A stretch of DNA of 43,088 nt from Alphaproteobacteria bacterium (GCA_011524805.1 WTJO01000113.1:2497-45584), one strand, 5' to 3'. Shown: positions 7,681 to 17,043, numbered from the stretch's first letter. Numbers and translations are program-made. The notes: generated by a model from the letters alone, not told the origin.

Positions 7681-9407
7681 TCTGGCTCCGTGATATGCCC
7701 CTGCGGTGGTGGCGGGCTAGTCGCGAACAGCCAGTCATCATCACAGCCTGCAGCAATATCAGCAGGTATCGGTGCCCCCTGGAACAGCGTTACACGTGTC
7801 CATCTATCTGATTTCGGATCGAATTTGCTGGCACCAAAAAACGATAATTTACATCGCAGTAAATCAATCGGCCGACAGCTATCTGCCACCAGATTATCCC
7901 TAATCTCGCCATAGGCAAAGCGCGATACTGTCTGGATACGCCTGATGATATGGCGGTTATGCGGATAGGCCAGCATGAAATGGGCAAGGCGCATGTCGCC
8001 ATCTACAGCCCGCATATCGGCGCGCAATTGCCGGATATAGCGCACAATATGAAATGGCATTTCCTTATCTGCGCCTTCTTCTTCAAACCGCAAGCCAAGG
8101 CGCGGTTCCAGCTTTTCTGCAGATACATACCAGAATTGTGCTTCATGTTCCGGCATCGACAGATCAATATCACATGCCCAGCGATAGTCACGTTCAACCA
8201 GTTCGGCCAGTTCGGACACGCGCATAGATGTATCCAGCCTTGGCTCAAAATCGTTTGACAGGCAATGGGACAGGCCATCTACCTCATCAGCGCATATCTC
8301 AATCAGCAATGAGACCATCAACTCCTGCATATCTTCTGAACAGCCAGAAATGCGCTGAAAGGCATCTTCTAGCGGATAGCGTTCTGCAAGTGGCGTTTTG
8401 TTTAGTCCGGCCAGAAAATCGTCAAATTCGGTGCGCAATATTCCGGTGCGGCGTGTTTGATCCTCATCCTCTACCTGCCATTCTGACAAATGTATTTTTG
8501 TACGCCTCAGAAGATCAGCAAAAATCTGATGTTGTGTGTCTGTTAATGTTTCTTGTGTACGGCATCTCATCAGGGCTGTTTCACGGACAATCATCCAGCT
8601 ATGCACAAGACAGGGGTGATTCACCAAAAATGGCGCCATACCAAGCCCTGTCGAATTGCCAATCCCAAGATAGCGCCGATAGCCAGCATCAAGCGCTACC
8701 GCCTGAGCAGATTGCTGGGTGGCACACCATTCAGCCAGCAGAACAGAATATTCCCGAATCATAAATACAGCCAGCATTTCAATCTGGAACGGCGGTTGAA
8801 ACACATCATGGCCAGCTATTACGCTTCTATCGGCGATACCGAATTTGCCATTGCCATACACCGCAGTGGTGCGCATCAGATAACCTGTGTTGACCAGCAT
8901 TTCATGATCTGGCTGTCTGCCATCGGCAAGCGCCTGAACCACATGGGCAAATAGTCTGACAGATTTATTTGCGCGTGACAGACACAAAATCCTGTCATGA
9001 TATCTACCTGCTTCCTGAGTTGATACATGACCTGCCAGCCTGTCAATCTCCTGCTGGTCGGGCACACCGTCAAACAGACAGAAGCTTGCATCCCATTTAG
9101 TAGCGATCACCCTGTCGGTGCGATCTTCTGCATCAAGGGCACGGCTATAGGCAATAAGCGATATATCCATACCGCCAATCTGGATGGTCAGCACCATATG
9201 CCCATAGCCATCTTTATCTAGCGACTGGCTGGAAATACGTAATTCAGACCGTTCGGCGCATAATCTGCGCATCAGGATACGCATAAAACTTAATCTGTGC
9301 GGAAAAAATGACCCCAGACGTGACAGCCGCATAACCTGCCCGGCTGGCCGAATAGATATAGCCTGTTCGGCGGCTTGCTGGGCGGGTTGTGGTGTAGTGA
9401 TTGTCAT
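7677..9407 (-). CDS. uncharacterised 576-aa soluble protein, no recognisable domain
   Basis: Long uninterrupted ORF. The ATG at 9407 has GAGAGACG upstream, 31 nt after the M19-like gene stop. Its stop overlaps the next start. No P-loop, Rossmann motif, Cys cluster, signal peptide or TM segment seen. Confidence 0.8.
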   Translation of the reverse strand: MTITTPQPAQQAAEQAISIRPAGQVMRLSRLGSFFPHRLSFMRILMRRLCAERSELRISSQSLDKDGYGHMVLTIQIGGMDISLIAYSRALDAEDRTDRVIATKWDASFCLFDGVPDQQEIDRLAGHVSTQEAGRYHDRILCLSRANKSVRLFAHVVQALADGRQPDHEMLVNTGYLMRTTAVYGNGKFGIADRSVIAGHDVFQPPFQIEMLAVFMIREYSVLLAEWCATQQSAQAVALDAGYRRYLGIGNSTGLGMAPFLVNHPCLVHSWMIVRETALMRCRTQETLTDTQHQIFADLLRRTKIHLSEWQVEDEDQTRRTGILRTEFDDFLAGLNKTPLAERYPLEDAFQRISGCSEDMQELMVSLLIEICADEVDGLSHCLSNDFEPRLDTSMRVSELAELVERDYRWACDIDLSMPEHEAQFWYVSAEKLEPRLGLRFEEEGADKEMPFHIVRYIRQLRADMRAVDGDMRLAHFMLAYPHNRHIIRRIQTVSRFAYGEIRDNLVADSCRPIDLLRCKLSFFGASKFDPKSDRWTRVTLFQGAPIPADIAAGCDDDWLFATSPPPPQGHITEPE

Positions 9408-9438
9408 ATCGTCTCTCAGGGCCAGATAGTATTGTTCG

Positions 9439-10434
9439 TCAGGATTTTACCGCAGGCGTGAAATTATGCTCATAAAAACGCAGCCAGTTCAGCCCCATCA
9501 GCCCATTTATCTCATCCTTTGAAAACCCGATATCTGCCAGTCCGGCACCAATATTGGGAAAATCGCGGATAGACCGGAACCAGTCCGGCTGTTCAGGAAA
9601 GCCCGGATTATCAGCGCTTCCTTCGCCAAAATCAAGCTGGCGTGACCAGCGGCCATTGCGCATCCATTCGACCACCTTGTCAGGCTGGTCTGTGCATAAA
9701 TCAGAGCCTATGCCCAGATTTTCTGCCCCATAGCGGCTTGCCGCCTCTGCTATCATCTCGCAGAAACTGGCCAATGTGCAGTCAGACCCTGATTTAAGAT
9801 GATGCGGATATAAAGAGAAGCCCAGCATGCCGCCTCTATCTGTAAGAGCGCGCAATACCGCATCTGATTTATTGCGCCGTGCCGGATGCCACCAGTCAGG
9901 ATTAGCATGGGTGATAGTAATTGGCCGGCTAGATACATCTATTGCTTCCAGAGTCGAACGTTCGGCAGAATGGCTCATATCTATCACCAGCCCCACCCTG
10001 TTCATCTCTGCTACGGCCTGAACACCAAATCTGGTCAGCCCTGTATCATCCTCTTCATAACATCCTGTTGCCAGCAGAGACTGGTTATTATAGGTCAGCT
10101 GCATAAAGCGCGCGCCAAGCTGATAGACAATTTCAATCAGGCCAATATCATCTTCAATCGGCGCACAATTCTGAAAGCCGTAGAAAATTGCTGTCCTGCC
10201 AGTCTCTGCGGCTATTCTTACATCATTGGCTGTCCTGCCATGCATCAGCCTGTCAGGGTGGGCTTCGATATGACGGTTCCAGCTAATCATATTTTCAACT
10301 GTCTGGCGGAAATTTTCATGATAGCAGATGGTTACATGAACCGCACTTAATCCGGCTTCTGCCATTTCATCAAACAGGGCAGGGCTGTAATTTGCATATT
10401 GCAGATTATCAATCAGAATAGGTTTTTCTGTCAT
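9439..10434 (-). CDS. M19 (renal/membrane dipeptidase) family amidohydrolase-fold protein with a degenerate alpha-metal site
   Basis: VYQLGARFMQLTYNNQ, VIDMSHS, ITHAN...RRN and GIGSD align to DPEP1-type blocks. The ORF-track start at 10437 is GTG. The ATG at 10434 follows GAGGCGG. Confidence 0.8.
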   Translation of the reverse strand: MTEKPILIDNLQYANYSPALFDEMAEAGLSAVHVTICYHENFRQTVENMISWNRHIEAHPDRLMHGRTANDVRIAAETGRTAIFYGFQNCAPIEDDIGLIEIVYQLGARFMQLTYNNQSLLATGCYEEDDTGLTRFGVQAVAEMNRVGLVIDMSHSAERSTLEAIDVSSRPITITHANPDWWHPARRNKSDAVLRALTDRGGMLGFSLYPHHLKSGSDCTLASFCEMIAEAASRYGAENLGIGSDLCTDQPDKVVEWMRNGRWSRQLDFGEGSADNPGFPEQPDWFRSIRDFPNIGAGLADIGFSKDEINGLMGLNWLRFYEHNFTPAVKS

Positions 10435-10441
10435 CACCGCC

Positions 10442-11746
10442 TCATTTTATGCCATTACTGCAATAGGTCTCTAGCCAGCCAGCCGCCGATATAACGCTAG
10501 CATCACTGGCTGGCGCACCCACCAGCTGGATACCTAGCGGCAACCCGTCAGGCCCGTTCAGATCAACACCCCCCAGATGCGGCAAGCTAAGGGCTGGCAA
10601 ACCGCACAGGCTGGTGAATTTTGAGCAGGCAGGATTGCCGGTGCCATCTTCAAATAAGGGTGCCTGACCGGTAGCAGACGCCAGCATAAGCATCTTGCCG
10701 CCAGACAACAAAGCTGAAAATCTGTCGATGCCATGCTGTCTGACAGTCATCGCGCTGGCATAATCAGCTTCTGACACCTGCGCACCACGGGCGACTGTCA
10801 GAGCCGTAAATTCGCTCACCTCTGTCTGTTTTCCGGCAATCAGCGGGCCGATATTCTGGGCATATTCATAATCATAAATCACGCTATGTGCCTGCTGTAA
10901 TTCATCTAGAAAGGCACGTAAATCAATTTGCTCTGCATGCCCGCCCAGACGGCTGGCAAGCTGTGAGACGCGTTCGGCCATATAGCCTTCAATATCATCA
11001 GCAAACATCCCATCTACCCATAGAAAATGCGGGCGGGCTGTAGCGCTGTGGTGACAGGCAGCCTCAAGACCAGCATTATCTATCATCACCACATCCCCAA
11101 GGCGGGCAATATCGACAAGATGGCGCGCAAATATGCCGATATGATCTAGCGTCTGGCTGGTCTGCAACACAGCTGTGCGCGAAATCGCCTCAAAGCTGGG
11201 CTTGAAGCCATATACACCGCAATAGGCCGCAGGGCGGATAACAGACCCGCCTGTTTGCGAGCCAATCGCCAGCGCGACCTGACCTGCGGCAACCGCCGCC
11301 GCAGAGCCCGATGATGACCCGCCCGGTGAAAACCGGCTATTATGCGGATTACGTGTTTCACATCTCTGCAGATAGGCAAATTCGGTTGTCCGTGTCTTGC
11401 CCATAATCAGCGCCCCTGCGGCGCGCAACCTCTGTACCAGCTCAGCATCTGTCTGTGGCTGCCTGCCTGCAAATAAGGACGAGCCAAGACAGCAGGGCAT
11501 ATCCACACTATCAATAATATCTTTTAGCCCCACGGGCACCCCGCTAAGCGGCAGGCCAGCCTCAATCTTGCCAGCCTGTGCCAGAGCAGCGTCCGGATCA
11601 TGCCACGCCCATGCATCTATGGCAGAATCTGTTCTGTCGATAGTCGCAAGATGTTCGGCACATATCTGTTTCGGTGTCAGCCTGTCTTCTGAGACAGCCT
11701 GTGCTAAGTCAACTGCGCTATCTATCATACCGTTACCATGCCTCAC
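10442..11746 (-). CDS. amidase-signature (AS) family amidase
   Basis: GGSSSGSAAAVAAGQVALAIGSQTGGSVIRPAAYCGVYGFKPS is the canonical AS block, with the upstream KD catalytic Lys region (GLKDIID). The start is either GTG at 11746 or ATG at 11728. Confidence 0.9.
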   Translation of the reverse strand: MRHGNGMIDSAVDLAQAVSEDRLTPKQICAEHLATIDRTDSAIDAWAWHDPDAALAQAGKIEAGLPLSGVPVGLKDIIDSVDMPCCLGSSLFAGRQPQTDAELVQRLRAAGALIMGKTRTTEFAYLQRCETRNPHNSRFSPGGSSSGSAAAVAAGQVALAIGSQTGGSVIRPAAYCGVYGFKPSFEAISRTAVLQTSQTLDHIGIFARHLVDIARLGDVVMIDNAGLEAACHHSATARPHFLWVDGMFADDIEGYMAERVSQLASRLGGHAEQIDLRAFLDELQQAHSVIYDYEYAQNIGPLIAGKQTEVSEFTALTVARGAQVSEADYASAMTVRQHGIDRFSALLSGGKMLMLASATGQAPLFEDGTGNPACSKFTSLCGLPALSLPHLGGVDLNGPDGLPLGIQLVGAPASDASVISAAGWLETYCSNGIK

Positions 11747-11766
11747 CCGATATTTGCGTGCCGATA

Positions 11767-12876
11767 TTAGAAATTCACAACAGAGCGGATAGATTCTCCC
11801 TGATGCATCAGATCAAATCCCTTATTAATTTCGTCAAGCGAAAGGCTATGGGTAATCATCGGGTCAATTTCGATTTTGCCATCAAGATACCAGTCGACAA
11901 TTTTTGGCACATCTGTTCTGCCTCTTGCACCACCAAAGGCAGTGCCACGCCATGAGCGGCCTGTAACCAGTTGGAAAGGACGTGTGGAGATTTCCTGACC
12001 TGCGCCCGCTACTCCGATAATAATTGATTCGCCCCAGCCCTTATGCGCACATTCAAGTGCGGTGCGCATCACCTCGACATTGCCGATACATTCGAAGGAG
12101 TAATCAGCCCCGCCGCCTGTAAGCTCAACAAGATGGGCTGTCAGATCGCCAGATATATCTGCGGGATTGACAAAATCGGTCATGCCAAACCGCCTGCCCC
12201 ATTCTGCCTTGTCAGGATTCATATCCACCCCGACAATCTGCGATGCGCCAATCATCCGCAGCCCTTGGATCACATTAAGGCCAATACCACCAAGGCCGAA
12301 TACAACCGCATGGCAACCGGGCTCAGCGTTGGCTGTATTGATAACAGCCCCGATACCTGTTGTAACGCCGCAGCCAATATAGCAAATCTTGTCAAAGGGC
12401 GCCGCCTTATTCACCTTGGCAAGCGCTATTTCAGGCAATACCGTGAAATTGGAAAAGGTAGAGGTGCCCATATAGTGATGCACTGGCTTGCCTTCAAATG
12501 AAAATCTGGAGGTACCATCTGGCATCAGCCCCTGACCTTGGGTTGTGCGTATGGCCTGACATAAATTGGTTTTCGGATGCAGACAATAATCACATTCGCG
12601 GCATTCAGGCGTATAGAGCGGAATCACATGATCGCCCTCGGCAACAGAGGTTACACCAGCACCAATCTCGCGCACAATACCGGCACCTTCATGGCCAAGA
12701 ATCGCCGGAAACAGCCCTTCTGGGTCAGCGCCTGAAAGGGTAAATTCATCTGTGTGGCAAATCCCTGTCGCCTTAATCTCAACCAGTACTTCGCCAGCTT
12801 TCGGGCCTTCCAGATCAACTTCGACAATTTCCAGAGGACGTCCGGCTTCAAGCGCAATTGCAGCACGTGATTTCAT
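11767..12876 (-). CDS. adhC: S-(hydroxymethyl)glutathione dehydrogenase / class III alcohol dehydrogenase
   Basis: [68 protein letters not shown] is near-canonical for FrmA/AdhC. The ATG at 12876 has GGGAGAG upstream. The ORF-track start at 12912 is TTG. Confidence 0.95.
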   Translation of the reverse strand: MKSRAAIALEAGRPLEIVEVDLEGPKAGEVLVEIKATGICHTDEFTLSGADPEGLFPAILGHEGAGIVREIGAGVTSVAEGDHVIPLYTPECRECDYCLHPKTNLCQAIRTTQGQGLMPDGTSRFSFEGKPVHHYMGTSTFSNFTVLPEIALAKVNKAAPFDKICYIGCGVTTGIGAVINTANAEPGCHAVVFGLGGIGLNVIQGLRMIGASQIVGVDMNPDKAEWGRRFGMTDFVNPADISGDLTAHLVELTGGGADYSFECIGNVEVMRTALECAHKGWGESIIIGVAGAGQEISTRPFQLVTGRSWRGTAFGGARGRTDVPKIVDWYLDGKIEIDPMITHSLSLDEINKGFDLMHQGESIRSVVNF

Positions 12877-12912
12877 GATTTCTCTCCCATATCTGCCCAA
12901 TCTATATCTCAA

Positions 12913-12939
12913 TCAGTATCCTGCCTTACAGGATACTGA
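12913..12939. promoter_or_regulatory. perfect 11-bp-arm inverted repeat TCAGTATCCTG-ccTTa-CAGGATACTGA between cysQ and adhC (operator or hairpin/attenuator)
   Basis: The arms are exact reverse complements with a 5-nt spacer. It lies 37-63 nt upstream of the adhC ATG and downstream of the cysQ stop. Confidence 0.35.
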
Positions 12940-13074
12940 ACGCCATAGCGTATGGCCAGCCTGTCTATCGCCTGCCATCATGGCTATTCAGGGATAGTCT
13001 ACGCCTGTTTTTCAGCCGATGGCTATGATTTTTGAGAAAATATCCTAGAATAACGCATGAGCTGCGCCTGTTAT

Positions 13075-13887
13075 TTAGCTAGATGGAAAGCGGCCATAGG
13101 CAATAAAGGGATTATTCAGCCAGCTAGGCTTGCCATAGCGATGCGGATTGCCTGTCGCATCTGTCACATATCCGCCAGCCCCTCTCAGCACGGCCTCGCC
13201 TGCGGCTGTGTCCCATTCGCATGTGGGGGCAAAGCGCGGATAAATATCTGCCTCACCCATCGCCAAATAGCCAAATTTAACAGATGAGCCAACACTGACA
13301 ACATCTTTTATCTGATACTGTTCAAGAAATGATCTGGTCCGCTCATCCATATGCGAGCGGCTGGCAAGAGCAACAGTCCTGTTATGTGGCCGGCTAGCCA
13401 CAGGCTTGTCTACATCCAGAAGATGGCACTGCTGATTATGCACAAGATAACTGGCTTCATTGGCGACACCAACAAACAGCATGTCACGCATCGGCGCATA
13501 GACAATCCCGCCAGTTGCCTGCCCGTCAAGAACCAGCCCGATATTTACGGTAAAATTGCCTTTACTGTCAGGGCGGATAAATTCCTTTGTGCCATCAAGC
13601 GGGTCAACCAGAAAATAGCGCTGGCTGGATGCTAGCCTATGGCTATCTTCTGCTTCTTCTGAAATCACATCTATTTCGGGGTAGAATTGGGATAGCGCGT
13701 CAAGCAGAATGGCATTTGCCGCCTTATCTGCCTGTGTTACGGGCGAGTGATCTGATTTCTGTTCAACGTCAAAGCCGGCCTGCTTCACCTTCATGATAGC
13801 TTCACCAGCCGCCATAACTGCAGGTATCAGCCTGTTAAGAACCACATCATCAATACTAAGGGTTGCCAGCTGCTCGCTTGCTATCAT
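13075..13887 (-). CDS. cysQ: 3'(2'),5'-bisphosphate nucleotidase (inositol monophosphatase family)
   Basis: DHSPVTQADKAANAILL, VISEE and LVDPLDGTKEF are IMPase/CysQ metal-binding motifs. ~270 aa. Confidence 0.85.
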   Translation of the reverse strand: MIASEQLATLSIDDVVLNRLIPAVMAAGEAIMKVKQAGFDVEQKSDHSPVTQADKAANAILLDALSQFYPEIDVISEEAEDSHRLASSQRYFLVDPLDGTKEFIRPDSKGNFTVNIGLVLDGQATGGIVYAPMRDMLFVGVANEASYLVHNQQCHLLDVDKPVASRPHNRTVALASRSHMDERTRSFLEQYQIKDVVSVGSSVKFGYLAMGEADIYPRFAPTCEWDTAAGEAVLRGAGGYVTDATGNPHRYGKPSWLNNPFIAYGRFPSS

Positions 13888-13979
13888 TATTCTACACCCG
13901 GATACACATCATGTTATTCACTATACAGACCATTATACGGGCGAAGCGTCTGATGATGCGGATTCCAAAAAAACCTAGA

Positions 13980-15476
13980 TTATTTTGCCGTCGGCATTAC
14001 AAATTCGGCGCCTTTGGCGATTGAATCAGGCCATCTCTGCATCACAGATTTCTGCTTTGTGTAGAATTGCACAGCTTCATTACCAAAGGCATGCAAATCA
14101 CCAAACAGGCTCTGCTTCCAGCCACCAAACCCATGCCATGCCATTGGCACCGGAATAGGTACATTCACACCAACCATGCCAACCTGAATCTGGCTTGCAA
14201 ATTCACGTGCCGTATTACCATCAGAGGTAAATACAGACACACCATTGCCATAGCGATGCCTGTTAATAAGCTCAATACCTTCTGCCGAGCTATCAACCCG
14301 AACACAGGACAGCACAGGGCCGAAAATTTCCTCCTGATAGATGGTCATCTCAGGGGTAACGTGGTCAAACAGGCTGCCGCCCATAAAATAGCCCTGATTA
14401 TGGCCGGGGACAGAGAGGCCACGCCCGTCAACAACCAGCTCGGCACCTTCTGATACGCCTGTTTCGATCATGCCACTTATCCGCTCATGCGCTGCAGCAG
14501 TAACAATTGGCCCCATTTCCGCGTCAAGCTCCATGCCGTTTTTCACTTTCAGGGCACGGGCACGTTCTGCTAATTGTGGGACAATCTTGTCACCTGCCTC
14601 GCCAACCAGCACAGCGACCGAAATTGCCATACATCTCTCGCCAGCAGAGCCATAGGCAGAGCCGATAAGCGCATCAACAGCCTTATCCAAATCAGCATCC
14701 GGCATCACCATCATATGGTTCTTTGCCCCGCCAAGTGCCTGAACGCGCTTGCCATAATGTGCGCCCTTCTCATAGATATAATGGGCTATCGGGGTTGAGC
14801 CAACAAACGATACAGCCGAAATATCCGTATTTTCCAGAATCGCATCAACTGCTTCCTTATCTCCCTGAATCACGCTGAACACCCCTTCTGGAAGGCCGGC
14901 TTCCGCCATCAGGTCAGCCATCATCAGCGAGGCGGTCGGGTCTGTCGGACTAGGTTTCAGAATGAAACAGTTGCCAGCGGCAATTGCGAGCGGATACATC
15001 CACATAGGCACCATTACCGGAAAGTTAAATGGCGTGATGCCAGATACAATCCCTAGCGGCTGGCGCATTGTCCAGTTATCTATTCCTGTTGATGCCTGCT
15101 GTGAATATTCGCCTTTCAGCAAGGCAGGGATACCGCAAGCAAATTCGATAACCTCGATGCCACGTTCAACTTCGCCACAGGCATCGGTAAATACTTTGCC
15201 ATGTTCTGAGGTAATTACTTTTGCCAGCTTTTCCTTGTCACGTTTAACAAGCTCAAGAAATTTGAAAATTACGCGCGCGCGACGTACAGGCGGGGTATTT
15301 GCCCATCCCGGAAAAGCAGCTTTAGCTGCGGCAACTGCCGCGTCCACATCAGCACCTGTGCCCAGCACAACCTCTGATGTCTTTTCACCCAGGGCAGGGT
15401 TGAAAATATCCTGTGTTCTGGTAGATGCACCAGCTGTTTTCTGACCGCCAATATAATGCAACACGGTATCTGACAT
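13980..15476 (-). CDS. mmsA: CoA-acylating methylmalonate-semialdehyde dehydrogenase
   Basis: HYIGGQ..., [31 protein letters not shown], ...GERCMA... and the 498-aa length are typical of MmsA within the ALDH superfamily. Confidence 0.93.
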   Translation of the reverse strand: MSDTVLHYIGGQKTAGASTRTQDIFNPALGEKTSEVVLGTGADVDAAVAAAKAAFPGWANTPPVRRARVIFKFLELVKRDKEKLAKVITSEHGKVFTDACGEVERGIEVIEFACGIPALLKGEYSQQASTGIDNWTMRQPLGIVSGITPFNFPVMVPMWMYPLAIAAGNCFILKPSPTDPTASLMMADLMAEAGLPEGVFSVIQGDKEAVDAILENTDISAVSFVGSTPIAHYIYEKGAHYGKRVQALGGAKNHMMVMPDADLDKAVDALIGSAYGSAGERCMAISVAVLVGEAGDKIVPQLAERARALKVKNGMELDAEMGPIVTAAAHERISGMIETGVSEGAELVVDGRGLSVPGHNQGYFMGGSLFDHVTPEMTIYQEEIFGPVLSCVRVDSSAEGIELINRHRYGNGVSVFTSDGNTAREFASQIQVGMVGVNVPIPVPMAWHGFGGWKQSLFGDLHAFGNEAVQFYTKQKSVMQRWPDSIAKGAEFVMPTAK

Positions 15477-15525
15477 ATGAAAGCTCCCTTTATCTGCGCG
15501 AAGTTCGCGTCATTATGCGGAAATT

Positions 15526-15551
15526 ATGGCATATTGAATCATGGCATATTG
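15526..15551. repeat. tandem direct repeat ATGGCATATTG (x2, 15-bp period) in the mmsA/gloA divergent intergenic region
   Basis: Exact 11-mer at 15526-15536 and at 15541-15551. A second pair, GATAATTAtcTGCCA / GATAATTActTGCCA, lies at 15644-15658 and 15663-15677. Confidence 0.5.
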
Positions 15552-15785
15552 TTAGGCATTTCTGCTGACAAGGTCAATCTGATTAACTGGCAGACAAGAA
15601 AATTACCGGCAGACGGGACAGACGCGTTTGTGTCTGACTATGTGATAATTATCTGCCAGCCAGATAATTACTTGCCAATTACGCGCAAATTCCTGCATCA
15701 TTCTGGCGATATGGACAGGCTGGCATGTCTGCAGACAAATTCCATCCGGCTGAGATGTCCGCCCCTTTTTTGGAGTGATAATAGT

Positions 15786-16226
15786 ATGAAATATCTGCAC
15801 ACAATGATCCGCGTTCACGATGTAGATGCAGCGCTTGATTTTTTCTGTAACAAGCTGGGCATGATTGAAACACGCCGCAAGGAAGTGGAAGCAGGCCGGT
15901 TTACGCTGATATTTCTGGCAGCTGATCAGGATGTCGCACAGGCAGAGAATGAACGCGCACCAGAGCTTGAGCTGACCTATAACTGGGATCCGGAAACATA
16001 TACAGGCGGCCGCAATTTCGGGCATCTGGCCTATACAGTCAAAAATATATATGAAACCTGCCAGCATCTGATGGATAACGGGGTGGTGATTAACAGACCG
16101 CCGCGCGATGGCCGTATGGCCTTTGTAAAATCGCCCGATGGCATCTCGCTTGAATTATTGCAGGAAGGTGATGCGCTAGACCCTGCCGAACCATGGGCCT
16201 CTATGGAGAATACCGGCAGCTGGTAG
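15786..16226 (+). CDS. gloA: lactoylglutathione lyase (glyoxalase I, VOC family)
   Basis: [20 protein letters not shown]...ELTYNW...FGHLAY...[11 protein letters not shown] parallels GloA. The ATG at 15786 is preceded by GGAG about 10 nt upstream. The in-frame 103-codon upstream extension looks non-coding. Confidence 0.85.
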   Translation: MKYLHTMIRVHDVDAALDFFCNKLGMIETRRKEVEAGRFTLIFLAADQDVAQAENERAPELELTYNWDPETYTGGRNFGHLAYTVKNIYETCQHLMDNGVVINRPPRDGRMAFVKSPDGISLELLQEGDALDPAEPWASMENTGSW

Positions 16227-16248
16227 GAAAGCATCCTATCTGGCTGGC

Positions 16249-17022
16249 TTAGGCTGTCTCGCCACCATCAACAGAGATAGCCTGACCGGTAATCCCGCTG
16301 GCTGGCTCCGAGCATAAAAAATATACTGCCTCTGTCACTTCCGATGCAGCAAATAGCCGTCTTTGTGGCGAGAAGGCTTCCAGCCTTTTTCTGGCTTCGT
16401 CTTCGGACATGCCTGTTTTTTCTGAAATGCCGGCAATAGAGCGTTCAGTCATTTCAGTATCCAGATAGCCCGGACAGACCGCATTCACCGTGATTTGCGT
16501 TTTTGCCAGTTCCTGTGCGGCTGAGCGCACAAGCCCGATAACGCCGTGCTTGCTAGCGCTATAGGCTGAAATATAGGGATAGCCCTTTTTGCCTGTCATA
16601 GACGATATCGCCACCAGCCTGCCCCAGCTCTGATCTGCGGCCTTTAATCTGGCAACCGCTTCTCTTAAGCATAAAAACACGCCTGTCAGATTTACGCTAA
16701 TCATCTGATTCCATAATGCCATGGAGGTCTGATCAATTGCAGCGGAGGCAGCAATCCCTGCATTGGCAATCACGATAGAGGCTGGTACGCCATCTGCCCC
16801 TACCTGATCAAACAGATGGGCAACTTCGGCTTCATCTGAAATATCTGCCGTGACGGCGGTAATCAGGCTGTGTTTGCTTGCTATGTCTGCAAGGGCTGCT
16901 TCGCGTCTGCCACAGATAAATACCTGATGGCCTGCTGCTGCGAATCTCAGCGCCATATCAGCGCCAACGCCGGAGCTGCCACCTGTAATCACTACTTTTT
17001 TCATCTCGGCTGTTTTCATCAT
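16249..17022 (-). CDS. short-chain dehydrogenase/reductase (SDR) family oxidoreductase
   Basis: TGGSSGVG cofactor motif and YSASKHG catalytic motif. ~257 aa. Confidence 0.9.
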   Translation of the reverse strand: MMKTAEMKKVVITGGSSGVGADMALRFAAAGHQVFICGRREAALADIASKHSLITAVTADISDEAEVAHLFDQVGADGVPASIVIANAGIAASAAIDQTSMALWNQMISVNLTGVFLCLREAVARLKAADQSWGRLVAISSMTGKKGYPYISAYSASKHGVIGLVRSAAQELAKTQITVNAVCPGYLDTEMTERSIAGISEKTGMSEDEARKRLEAFSPQRRLFAASEVTEAVYFLCSEPASGITGQAISVDGGETA

Positions 17023-17043
17023 CTTTATCCTGCATATCGCCTA

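Noticed and set aside
8228-8764. Long ORFs antisense to confident genes. Examples: 8228..8764 (178 aa), 9886..10350 (154 aa), 12043..12501 (152 aa), 14962..15444 (160 aa), 15603..16067 (154 aa), 26829..27332 (167 aa), 34013..34417 (134 aa).
   Set aside because: They lie wholly inside, or opposite to, genes with strong family motifs. Their translations are low-complexity and rich in Cys/Arg/Ser/Pro, and they carry no motifs. These are typical shadow ORFs.
15477-15785. 103-codon N-terminal extension that turns gloA into a 249-aa ORF starting back-to-back with the mmsA start codon.
   Set aside because: The extension is not protein-like. Glyoxalase I homology starts exactly at MKYLHTM (ATG 15786), which has a GGAG RBS. 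The extension overlaps the repeat-containing promoter region.
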